This document shows, piece after piece, positions 53,901 through 64,000 of a stretch of 64,000 bases of DNA. This DNA is from Camelus dromedarius (lineage: Eukaryota): the NCBI RefSeq assembly GCF_036321535.1, contig NC_087437.1, positions 50,966,001 through 51,030,000 of the forward strand. The letters are read 5' to 3'. Both the position numbers and the translations under genes were made by a program. The number at the start of each line of letters is the position of its first letter. The first letter of the stretch is position 1. The notes beneath the pieces are model-generated. The model was not told the origin of the DNA. It ran no database searches and worked only from the letters and a program-made list of their open reading frames with translations.

Positions 53901-54857
53901 AAGGAGGATAAATTAGTTATACTACTAAGCGTCCGGTGCTATCCACTATTTACTTTTAATATTTTCATTTTGGAATAATTTTGAAAATAATATTATTGAT
54001 GATATTTGAGTCCTTCTGTTTTACTCTATGATGAGTTAGGATTATATAATTTGCTGGGTTCCTAAAAGTAATTTTTGTTGCATCTGTGAACAAAATTCTT
54101 TTCTACAATATGTATTTCTGATTTTATAAAGGAAAAGGTATGCCTGGCATGGACCAGGTGAATGATCGTTAGTTGGAATAGCTGCGATTAAGTGTAGTAT
54201 AGCAGCTCTGTTAAAGGGATACAGCAATGTTGGTTAATTTTGTTTTTTTCTAGTGTAGTTATAAACTGTCACATTGACTAAAGCTACAAATCAGTTTTCT
54301 GATGTGGTCTTTTTGCTCTCCCCATTTAAGTAAGAGAAGGGGGATTGTTATGTTTGTCTTTGAGGGACTTAAAATTGTAGCACCCATAAAACACAATTAC
54401 AAGACTTTTTCATTTCCATGAGTCTTAGGAACAAAAAGAAAAGGCTGGGATAGCTTTTGGTTTTTCCTGTCTCTATCTTAAATTTAAAGTACAAAGTAAA
54501 AGAAGCCAGTGATTAACGTAAACCTTAGTATTCCCTTAGTGCTCTTAAAAGTTGTCTTTTTCACTCTAAAAGTAGTCCATCATCATTTTGAAAATTTGTG
54601 TTGATAGAAAGGAGGAAGCCACACTTCAGAGAAAACTGTCATTAGCATTTTGGTATGTTCTCTCCAGACACATTACTTACATACTATTGATCAGACCTTC
54701 TTTACAATTTTTCATCTTGCTTTTTTCCTTTACCATTCTTTGTTATAAACTCTATTAACATTTTTAGTGACCACCCAACATTTTGTTTTTAGAATTTTAA
54801 ATAATTTTGAGTGTATTTTAATTTATTATTTGTGCATTCTTATAATAATTATTTTAG

Positions 54858-55042
54858 GTCAACTGGCTATTCTGAGGTGATAGTTGTCGTTGGAGGCTGT
54901 GAACGAGTTGGAGGATTTAATCTTCCCTACACTGAGTGTTATGATCCTGTGACAGGAGAGTGGAAGTCTTTGGCTAAGCTTCCAGAATTTACCAAATCAG
55001 AGTATGCGGTCTGTGCTCTAAGGAATGACATTCTTGTTTCAG
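54858..55042 (+). CDS. KLHL24: KLHL24 coding exon 2 (first Kelch repeats: STGYSEVIVVVGGCERVGG...DILVS)
   Basis: Boundaries are ttttag|G and TCAG|GTAAAT. The 185 nt are in phase with the previous exon (cumulative 1105 nt), and the Kelch GG/Y/W signature is present. Confidence 0.97.
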
Positions 55043-55966
55043 GTAAATAAAGAATTATTACAGTAGCTGCTTTTAATTTAAACACAGCTCGGCTATTTTA
55101 AACCATAACAGTGTCTCAAAAGGAAACAATGAAAGTGGATATACCCACTCTAGGTAGATCAGATTATAAAACAAATGACTTTTTGTCCTTAAAAACAGGC
55201 ACAGGATGATGCAGAATGATTTCAAAAGATTCATCAGAAAATGCCTTAAACCGTGCCATATTTTAAGTGCTCTCAAATGCATATAGAATATGGCATAATT
55301 TTTTAAAGTTTTACTTGTTTAAGGAACAGTAAAGTGTGCAAAGTGAAAAGTACTCAGAATTAAGCATCTTCACCCATGTTTACTGAAATTCTCCCCAAAG
55401 TTTATGAAATAGAAATTTCCTTAAAATTCTTAACTTGAACTTTTTTTTTTACAATATGTAATGTTACCTCTAAAATCAAATAGATAGTAAAGTGACAGAC
55501 TTATATAAAGTATAACTACAGTATCCATGGTCTGAAATGTGTTAATTAGTTAAATAATTTTACCAGCTTTGCAGATTACTATTTTACTACACATTGAACC
55601 ACTGTACAATAGTATGCTTTTTAAAAAATGGATGATTTTTAAAATTTTTTCTAGAATAATTCTGTTGTTTGGGTGCTTCTCTTGTTTGACTCCTAAATGA
55701 AAAATCTTACGTACTTGTAAAATTCATAATCTGCCTTTTATTATTTGGGGCATAAAATTATTTCTTGAGATAACAGCTGACAAAGTTAAATCTGCTTTGT
55801 AGAACTATTTTTATTTAGCTTTAAGAGGGTCCTTGCTTAATTTATTGAGTTGAACCCTCGAATTCTTGGCTGGATGAATAAATCATTGTTTTCATTATCT
55901 ATACCTTTGGCATAGATCCCTTGGTGGTATACATATTAGTGTATGTGCATTGCTTTGCATTTAAAG

Positions 55967-56085
55967 GTGGAAGAATCAATGGCCGTGATGTCTGGATTTA
56001 TAACTCGCAGTTAAATATTTGGATCAGAGTTGCTTCTCTAAATAAAGGCCGATGGCGTCACAAAATGGCTGTCCTCCTTGGTAAA
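55967..56085 (+). CDS. KLHL24: KLHL24 coding exon 3 (GGRINGRDVWIYNSQLNIWIRVASLNKGRWRHKMAVLLGK)
   Basis: Boundaries are ttaaag|GT and AAA|GTAAGA. The 119 nt bring the total to 1224 nt = 408 codons, encoding a Kelch repeat. Confidence 0.96.
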
Positions 56086-59000
56086 GTAAGAGAAACCACT
56101 TTTTATTCTTATTACTGGTACATGTCCAGAATAAATACCACAGATGAATCCTTCATTTTACTCACCCTCTGGGTGTTTTGGATTCAGACTGTATTTCCTT
56201 CCATTTCTAACCTCAGTACATAAACTGAAGATATAAACAGTTTGACACTGTACTTTTGAATGGATATTTTGTTCTCCCAATTTGCAATTCGTAGCAGTGC
56301 AGCACATTTCTCTTCTCATGCACCACTGGAGTCTAAATGCCTGAGAAGCATTGGAAAATGAAGGAGTTACATCAAGTACAAAAACAAGCCAATGTCTAAT
56401 CCAAGCAGTCAGGCCAAGATATATTTATCTAGAGTGATATTATTTTATCTTATTTATTTGTACAGGTAGGGACAAAACAAGTAAGTGTTAAGATAAACTC
56501 ACCAACATAATTTAAAGCAAACTTCTTATTGGCTACAGCTAATGAATATTTAAAAAAACCAATAATTTGATTCTGAACCATTCACTGTTCTTACAAACTT
56601 GAGAATCACTTGTGGACTAGTGGCTTCCAAACTTTTTAAGAGCAACTACACCCTTCTTTGAAGTTAAATCTAATATAAAAAGCCTTACATAAAACAGATA
56701 AGAATACAGCAGTGTACCAAGGGCTAACTTGGACTCTTTAACCTTTCCGTGCCTCCATCTGTATCAGCTCCTTGAAAGCCATCTCAAAATTAATGAGCAA
56801 TCTAAGTGAAAACAGCACACTTGCTTGCACATTTTTTTTTTTTGGAGTATAGTTGATTTACAGTATTGTGTTAGTTCCAAGTGTACAGGTTAGTGATTCA
56901 TATTTTAGGGCTTTGTTTGTTCATTTGTTATATTCCAGTATTGGTTATCACAAGATACTGGGTGTATCCCACATATATTTTTGACCAGTCCCCTAGTACC
57001 CCCTTCTAAAAACTTTGCTGCCTCTTAAGTCCTCCCATGAAGACATTTTAGAGCCACCAATGAGAAAGCAGAACTGCTCTTGTTGAAACAGATGATGCCA
57101 GGAACCCTTCCCACTCAGCCTTCTATCAGTTCTCATTCCCTCCCCTTGCCCCCAACAGATGCTTCTTGAAATCTCTAGTCCATGGAATACTAAAGTACAG
57201 TTTGAAAGCTACTGTTAATTCCTAAGGGTATTGATCTAGTGTGCTGCTGCTGTCGACAACACCAGTGAAATAATGAAGACCTTGAGATAGATGTAATGGA
57301 AATAAAATACTAATACAGAATATTTTCTAAAAACCACTGGTTTGTTAGTACCTACTATATTATATATGGTTTTGGTAGCTATACCTCAAGAATGACAAAA
57401 TATTACTGGACAGGGACAGCTAAAATAATTAAGGGGTTAGAAAGAGATGAGGTCTGACTAAAAACATTATAGTCATTTTATCTGGACATACAAAGGCAAA
57501 TTAAAATCACTGATGTCTCAAATATCATAAATGGATTGATGAACACAAATTTATTTGACAAATATTAGTATTTTTGACTTGAATATACCCAAAACCAGGA
57601 AGCACTAACTCAAGAAATAAAGGGAATCCTTCCTGCCTTACATAGCAAGTACTCAATTCATGGAAAACTATTATCCTAAAAATTATAGTATAGTCTGAAT
57701 TCAAACCTATAAAGTCATTTAAAGTTATAAATGCTCTCTGTTAGGGAAACATAGGATGGTTTGGAATATAGTCAGAGCAAAAAGGAATCTTAGAGAATGC
57801 TTAATGTAACTTTTTCGGTTTACAAAGAAACTGAGTCCAGAGAGATCAAGTCGTTTGCCCAGTGTTGCACAGGAAGTGATAAAGCAGGGGCAAAAGCTCA
57901 GGTTTTCTTAATCTAGAGGCCTTTTATCTTGAGACTCACAGCGTATATTTTTAGTTTCTTCATGCAGAGAAGTAGTATTAAAGTTTAATCCTCAAAATTA
58001 CATTGTATGGTAGGTACTATTATTGTCTACATTTTTAAATTGAGGAAGTTAAGACTGAGTCAGAGAGGATAGGTAAACTGCCCAAGCAGGGTCTTAACTT
58101 GAGTGGCAGAGCTAGATATGGACCCTGCCTCTCCTGACTTCAAAGCTACATACTTAATTGGTACGTTGTACCGCAGTTTCTATACCCCTTCTAGCTGCGT
58201 GACCTTGAGTAAGCTACTTAACTTCTCTAAGATGCATGATGTTGGGAGAACAGACCCACCAACTGATTGTTTTAAAATAACGTGAGAAATGCAAGATTGA
58301 AATAGTTTTGGCTGCTGAGGAAATTTGGAAGAGCATGGAAAGATAGATTGTGGACAGACTTGAATGATAGTGTGTAAAGTTTAGCCTTGACCCTTAGGCA
58401 TTCACTGTTGAACTATTAAAAGGAGTTGATGAAGTGTTTTAGGAAGATTAATCTGTGGTTTAAAGAGTGAGTACAAGAGTGGAGGCCAAGAGCTTGAGAA
58501 GTATGAAATGATATGGACCCCAAGGTAGGATAGTGGCAATGGGAAACAAAAGGAAGGGACAGATGTGAGTGATGCTGTGAAAGAAAGCTCAGTAGGACTT
58601 AATAGTTAATTAGATATGGAGGGAGAGAAGGGTTGATGATGGCTGTCCATTAAAAGAATGTGGATATTAAACTTGGAGAGTTTCTATAGGTTAAAAGTTT
58701 CTTCTTTATCTCATGATGCTTAATGGATTATTTGGCTTATAAGTGATTTAATAAATGGCATGTTGATTAGTTCATCTATTATAGAAAGATATTTATTTGC
58801 CTACCTTCCTTATATTTATGAAAAGAAGATGTACATGAAAGTTCTTTGAAACATACAGTATAGAGTTCATTATGTATCAGGTACTTTTCTAGGCACTGTA
58901 GGGACTAAATTGTAAAAGATAGGCCCTGCCTTCAAAGATTTCACAGTCTAGAAATTCCTTACCTAATATTTTAGTTTCATAGCTTCATTGCTTTATAATA

Positions 59001-59420
59001 TTTGAATATTTTCATCATCCACGATTGTGAGCATTTGTGCTAAGTCCTGTAATTCTCAATGCAAGCAATATTGCCCCTAATAGGGTGAAGATTGGTTCTT
59101 GGTGGGGCAAAAAAATTACACTGTTTCACGTATAAAGCACAGATGTATATACAGTACATAAACAGATATGCAGTATATCTGTAGTATTAAATGTTCATCA
59201 GAGGGAGCTATTATGAAAAAAAAATGTTTTAAAAGGGCTCCTTGGTGGTGGTAAGAGAGTGATAATTTCTTTTAAAAGGTCCAGAAACTAAGCTAAGTAT
59301 GTTGCTATTACAGTTACCATAGACTTTTAAAAAAGGGGAGAGGTCCCTTAATTCTTTAGCCAACTAGTTAAAAATTAAAACTTTTGATAATTAAGATTTT
59401 TCCATGTTTTTTACATATAG

Positions 59421-59609
59421 GTATATGTTGTTGGAGGCTATGATGGGCAAAACAGACTTAGCAGCGTAGAATGTTATGATTCCTTTTCAAATCGATGGAC
59501 TGAAGTTGCTCCCCTTAAGGAAGCAGTGAGTTCTCCTGCTGTGACTAGCTGTGTAGGCAAATTGTTTGTGATTGGTGGAGGACCTGATGATAATACTTGT
59601 TCTGATAAG
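59421..59609 (+). CDS. KLHL24: KLHL24 coding exon 4 (VYVVGGYDGQNRLSSVECYDSFSNRWTEVAPL...NTCSDK)
   Basis: Translated by hand; it is not in the ORF track. Boundaries are atatag|GTA and AAG|GTAAGC. It is 189 nt, phase 0, with the canonical Kelch VGGYDG motif. Confidence 0.97.
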
Positions 59610-59877
59610 GTAAGCCTTGTTGTCTTATATAAATTACTAATGACATACACTAGAAGAGAAATACAGAAGGTTTATCAAGTAGGTAGTTAGGTCTCTTAGT
59701 GTGAGGGGCCTTCTAAAAATTGGTACTTTATATTTTGTAGGGAAAACACTGAGTTACAAGTTACTAAAGTGAGATCTTAATGTATCCTACATTTTCTGTA
59801 AAAAGTGTGATTCAGTCTTTTTGAAATGAGACTAATCTCAATGTTGAGATCTTGTACTAAATAAACTGTTTTGTTGA

Positions 59878-60000
59878 GGGGGAGGGTATGCTCAGTGGTA
59901 GAGTGCATGCTTAGCATGTACAAGGTCCTGGGTTCAATCCCCAGTACCTCCATCAAAATAAATAAATTAACAAATACCTCCTCTGCCAAAAAAGTTTTAA
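59878..60000 (+). mobile_element. tRNA-derived SINE, vic-1-like, intronic
   Basis: GGGGGAGGGTATGCTCAGTGGTAGAGTGCATGCTTAGCATG...GGTTCAATCCCCAGTACCTCC followed by an A-rich tail. Confidence 0.87.
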
Positions 60001-60837
60001 AATAAACTATAAACAAACAGACAGTTTTAAAACCTTTTCTGGTATAGTTTACAGAATCAAAAAATTATTCACACAAAACACAATTGGGAATTGAATTAGC
60101 AAAGGGTGAGACAATAACTAATTATACTGCTTCCAGCTGGGTCATTTTCTGCATACTCTGAAAATATTCTTTAGAACAAAGAAAAGGAAAGAAACCTTTC
60201 TAATGTAAATAAAATATAGCACAAAGCTGCTACAGTTCATTGAACTCCTGGGACAAAAGAATATGTGCCATCATGACATGACAGAAAATACCATGTTTAT
60301 TCTGGAAACAAATGTCTAATGCCTAATTCATTTAGCAATAATTAACTGAATTTTGTCAATCAATAAATTCTTTTTCTAAATTAAATTTTAATATAATGTC
60401 AAATGTTACATATTTAGAATTCATTAGTTCAGAATTCGTGATAATTCAAAGTATACTGAATTGAGGTTCACTTGTTTTCTTTTGAAGAAAGGAGTTCCTA
60501 AATGTGTAAAGAAATTGTATTCAAATTGAGGCATACTTCTCCTATATAATACATTTTTTTTTTAAATCTCGTCTCTTAATTTTAATGGAAATAAGTTAAG
60601 CAAACCTGGTAGCCATTCATCCTGGAAACAATCCCTGTTTGTAACTCAATTCTGCTTGATAGTAATAAACTTGCATTTCTTTTGAGAATTTCATATTCAG
60701 ATATTTTACTCTCAAACTAACCTCCCTTAAGTCTGAATTAATGGGTTTTTATTTTTAGTCATATTGGTAGACTTTTTATTAAGTAAATTTGCATTTTTAT
60801 TGAGAAATTTTAATTAAATATTTCTATACATTCTTAG

Positions 60838-61026
60838 GTTCAATCTTATGATCCAGAAACCAATTCTTGGCTACTTCGTGCAGCTATCCCAATTGCCAAG
60901 AGGTGTATAACAGCTGTATCCTTAAACAACCTGATATATGTTGCTGGTGGACTGACCAAGGCAATATACTGTTACGACCCAGTTGAAGATTACTGGATGC
61001 ATGTACAGAATACATTCAGCCGGCAG
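60838..61026 (+). CDS. KLHL24: KLHL24 coding exon 5 (VQSYDPETNSWLLRAAIPIAKRC...YWMHVQNTFSRQ)
   Basis: Translated by hand. Boundaries are ttcttag|GTT and CAG|GTAATA. The 189 nt bring the total to 1602 nt = 534 codons. No terminal coding exon is seen before 64000. Confidence 0.97.
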
Positions 61027-61945
61027 GTAATAACATAAAATAGGCCAAAAGAAAAATCAGTCTGGGTGGGACCAAGTACAAGACCAGTATGAGTACACTG
61101 TAACTTCACTGTTAATCTATTTCATGTATGCTTGAGTTATTTCATAATTTTTTGAAACTCCACCTAAAGCATATGGTATACTTGTTTTGAACTCCTTCCA
61201 AGGAATTGTCTTATTGAAATAACTTACTCTTCACAATCCCATGGTAAAGTTGGTATTGCACTTGGGCTGTTGGGTTTTTCCCCCCTTGACCTTTTGTAGG
61301 TCATACTCCAGTCCTTATCCCTCTCTCTTGTATATTTCAAAAGAGAAGAAATGCTCCCAAATTGATTTCTTTCCTTCTGTGGTTAGAAACTAGATAATTT
61401 GTTGTTTTTTGTTATAAAGGAAATGGCTGTACTTGGGTTTCCACCACCCACACCCTGCTTGGACCTTCACTCTGCCTCCACCACAGCTCCAGAAAGGCTT
61501 CCCTCCACCTTTTGACTCAGGGTTCTACCCTCTTTCCTTCTACCACCAAACTACTTGAAATGGTGCTGATGCTGGAGGTCTGGCTCTACCTATACCACTC
61601 TAGAGATGTTGTACTCCCAAAGTCATTACTAATAATCTCCTGAGTCTCATTCACGTTCTCTCTTTTGTTTCTACCCAACCCTTAAATACAAGTATTCCTT
61701 GAGCCTCTTTCCGCTGCCCTCATCCCAGTTTATACTCCATTCCTGAGTGATCACAATTACTGCTCAGTACTGATGACTTCAAATATTACTCTCCATTATA
61801 GCCTCTCTCCTGTGCACCAGACTCAAGTTTCAAACTGCCTATTTGATATTTTCTATGGTATTCCAAGACTTCAAACTTAAAACAATTCACGTTCTTCCCC
61901 AAGCCTACTTTTTCTGTTTCCAAGCAACCTACTGAATGGAAAAAC

Positions 61946-62712
61946 TGTTTCTCCCTTACTCACAACACTTCTGACACCAGATATGTGGGTTTATTTCCAC
62001 ACCAACCAATTCTCCATCTCCAGTTGGTGTCTGACAATTCAATTCAGTTCTGACACTACCTGAAGTTAGTTTCAGATTCCACAAGTTAAGGCCTCAGTCC
62101 TACAAGACTGTCACCACTTCAAATGCCAGTCGCAATTCCCAGGTTGTCACCAATACTTCTGACCAGTCAGCTATAACTCAAGGTTTCCACAACCCCCTCC
62201 TTGGGTTCAGTAATTTGCTCAGGAAAACACCTATTAAAGTTCACAGGTTTATTATATAATGAAGTATATTATAAAGGACACAAATAAACAGCTGAATAAA
62301 GGGGTACCTAGGGTAAGGCCCAGAAGAGTCCCAAGCACGGGACCTTCTGTCTTCATGGATTTGAGGTGCACTACACTCCTAGGACATGGATGTGTTTACC
62401 AACCTAGAAGCTCTCCAAATCCTTTACTTTGGGGATTTTTATGGAGGCGTAATCCTGTAGACATGATCAGTTATTGATTCAATTTCCAGCCCTTCTCTCC
62501 TCTCCAGAGAAGGGAGGGTGGGGTGAATCTTCCAAGTTTCTAATTATGGCTTGATCTTTCTGATGACCAGCCCTCATCTGGAGCCCACCAAGAGCCACCT
62601 CATTAGAACAAAAGACACTCCCATCAACCAGGAAATTCCAAGGGATTTAGGAGCTCTTAAGTCAGGAACTAGGGGCAGAGACTAATATATATTACTAATA
62701 TATATTTTTCTG
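61946..62712. mobile_element. MER21-like ERV LTR inserted in an antisense L2 (L2 at ~61540-61940 and ~62720-63450)
   Basis: CACAACACTTCTGACACCAGATATGTGGG...CAATTCAATTCAGTTCTGACACTACCTG...CCAGGAAATTCCAAGGGATTTAGGAGCTC. The flanking L2 ends in GTGCTCAGTAAATATTTATTGAATAA. Confidence 0.65.
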
Positions 62713-64000
62713 TTGCATACCTGGACACAATTTTTTAGATTTTTCTTGTTTTCTTTTCAACTGATTCAGTCTAGCGTATCAGTTCTGTGTCCTTAAAGAG
62801 TTTTGCCTATTCTTTTCCATTCCTTTGGTTCCTGCTTTCATTCAACTTCTCATCAGTTTTTACCTAAACTTAAAACAACAAATTCTAATCAGTGATCCTT
62901 TCTCTAATGTCTTGCTTCTCTAACCCATTTTGCCACCAGTTATTTTCCCGCAAATCTAATTATGTCTCTCGTCTGATTGGAAACATACTGAGTATAATCC
63001 AAAAGTTTTTCCACTTCATTCTATGCTTTCTGTTGTCTGACCTCTGCTTGCCTTTCCAGCTTCATTTTCTTCACCTTTACCCCAATTACATTAAGTATCT
63101 GTTGCTTGCATTTGCTATAACAGATGATGTGTGTTCCTGCCTTGGTTTATGCTGTCCTCTTAGCCTTTAATACCTTTTCTACCTTCTCTACTTGTATTCT
63201 ACTCATCTTTCAAGGACCAGGTTTAGTTACAACAAACTGAGGTTGCCCTATTCAGAATTTGTATCTTTTTTTTCCTGCTCTGTCACTACATTTATACCTC
63301 TATTATGGACGTCATACATTTCCTTACATAACTGTTTATTTCCATACTGGAATTCAGTCTTCTTTAGGATACTGTATTTTCTAACTCATCTCATATATCT
63401 TGCATTTATTGGTGCTCAGTAAATATTTATTGAATAAGTAAATAAATAATAGTGAAGTAAAATAAGAGTGAAGTAACAGAGGGTCCTAATTTTAAGACAA
63501 TTTTATATGCAAGATATGTAAGAATTATAGACTATAAGGATAAAGACTAGAGTTTGAGTATAACACAATTTTTCTAAAGTTGTTGACATTGAGGTATATA
63601 GTCTCCACTTAGTAATATATTCAGAGAAACATTGCCTCAACCAATGGAAGGGATATAATAGGATCTCAAGCTTCATAGTAGTGGGAACATAATCTTCTAC
63701 CCTCTTATATCACATTTAAGTAAAATGAACCACATTTCTCTAGTTCAGTGGCCTCCTGGAAAGGACAGTCTCTAACTCTGTAAGTGAGGTATACCCTGCC
63801 ACATAAGAACCCTGTTACATTCACCTGTGTGACAGAGTGTTTACACTTAATTCTGAATTTTTTAACCAAATCTATTCTTTATTGATTTATTACAGTGCAT
63901 ATTTTAAAGCACAGTGCATTTCTGCTAAGAATTACTGTTCATTTAAAACTTGACTATACTGTATAAGACAATAGGAGAGCTTAGGAAGATAATTGCCAGC

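Noticed and set aside
43146..60839. Five of six acceptors read AG|GT, suggesting recursive splicing
   Set aside because: This matches the ordinary exon-start (proto-splice) bias. The introns are short and the downstream bases are mostly poor donor matches.
59421..61026. Two consecutive 189-nt phase-0 exons as an exon duplication or mutually exclusive pair
   Set aside because: Their sequences are not alike and their boundaries fall at different positions in the Kelch repeat. Both are needed for a continuous propeller.

Overview
This is mammalian genomic DNA, most likely from a camelid; that call is inferred from three Ala-tRNA-derived SINEs resembling vic-1 and from no recognisable Alu or BovB elements. 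The first ~37 kb is repeat-rich intergenic sequence (L1, L2, MIR, MaLR/ERV LTRs, hAT/Tigger MITEs). It contains a TMA7 processed pseudogene nested in an L1 and a 293-bp orphan retroposed insert. A CpG-island promoter at ~37.4-39.0 kb drives KLHL24 (+ strand), a BTB-BACK-Kelch CUL3 adaptor. Two putative non-coding exons and five coding exons (codons 1-534) are visible, and the last coding exon lies beyond the window. Apart from the KLHL24 exons and an L1 ORF2 remnant, the ORF-track entries look like chance ORFs. I see no wholly new multi-gene system. The best leads are regulatory: two uORFs ending just before Met1 that could route ribosomes to Met29 (start of the disease-linked stable deltaN28 form), and five perfect FOXO sites in introns 1-2. 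Repeat family names and human comparisons come from my recognition and recall, not database searches, and repeat boundaries are approximate unless TSDs or TIRs are given.
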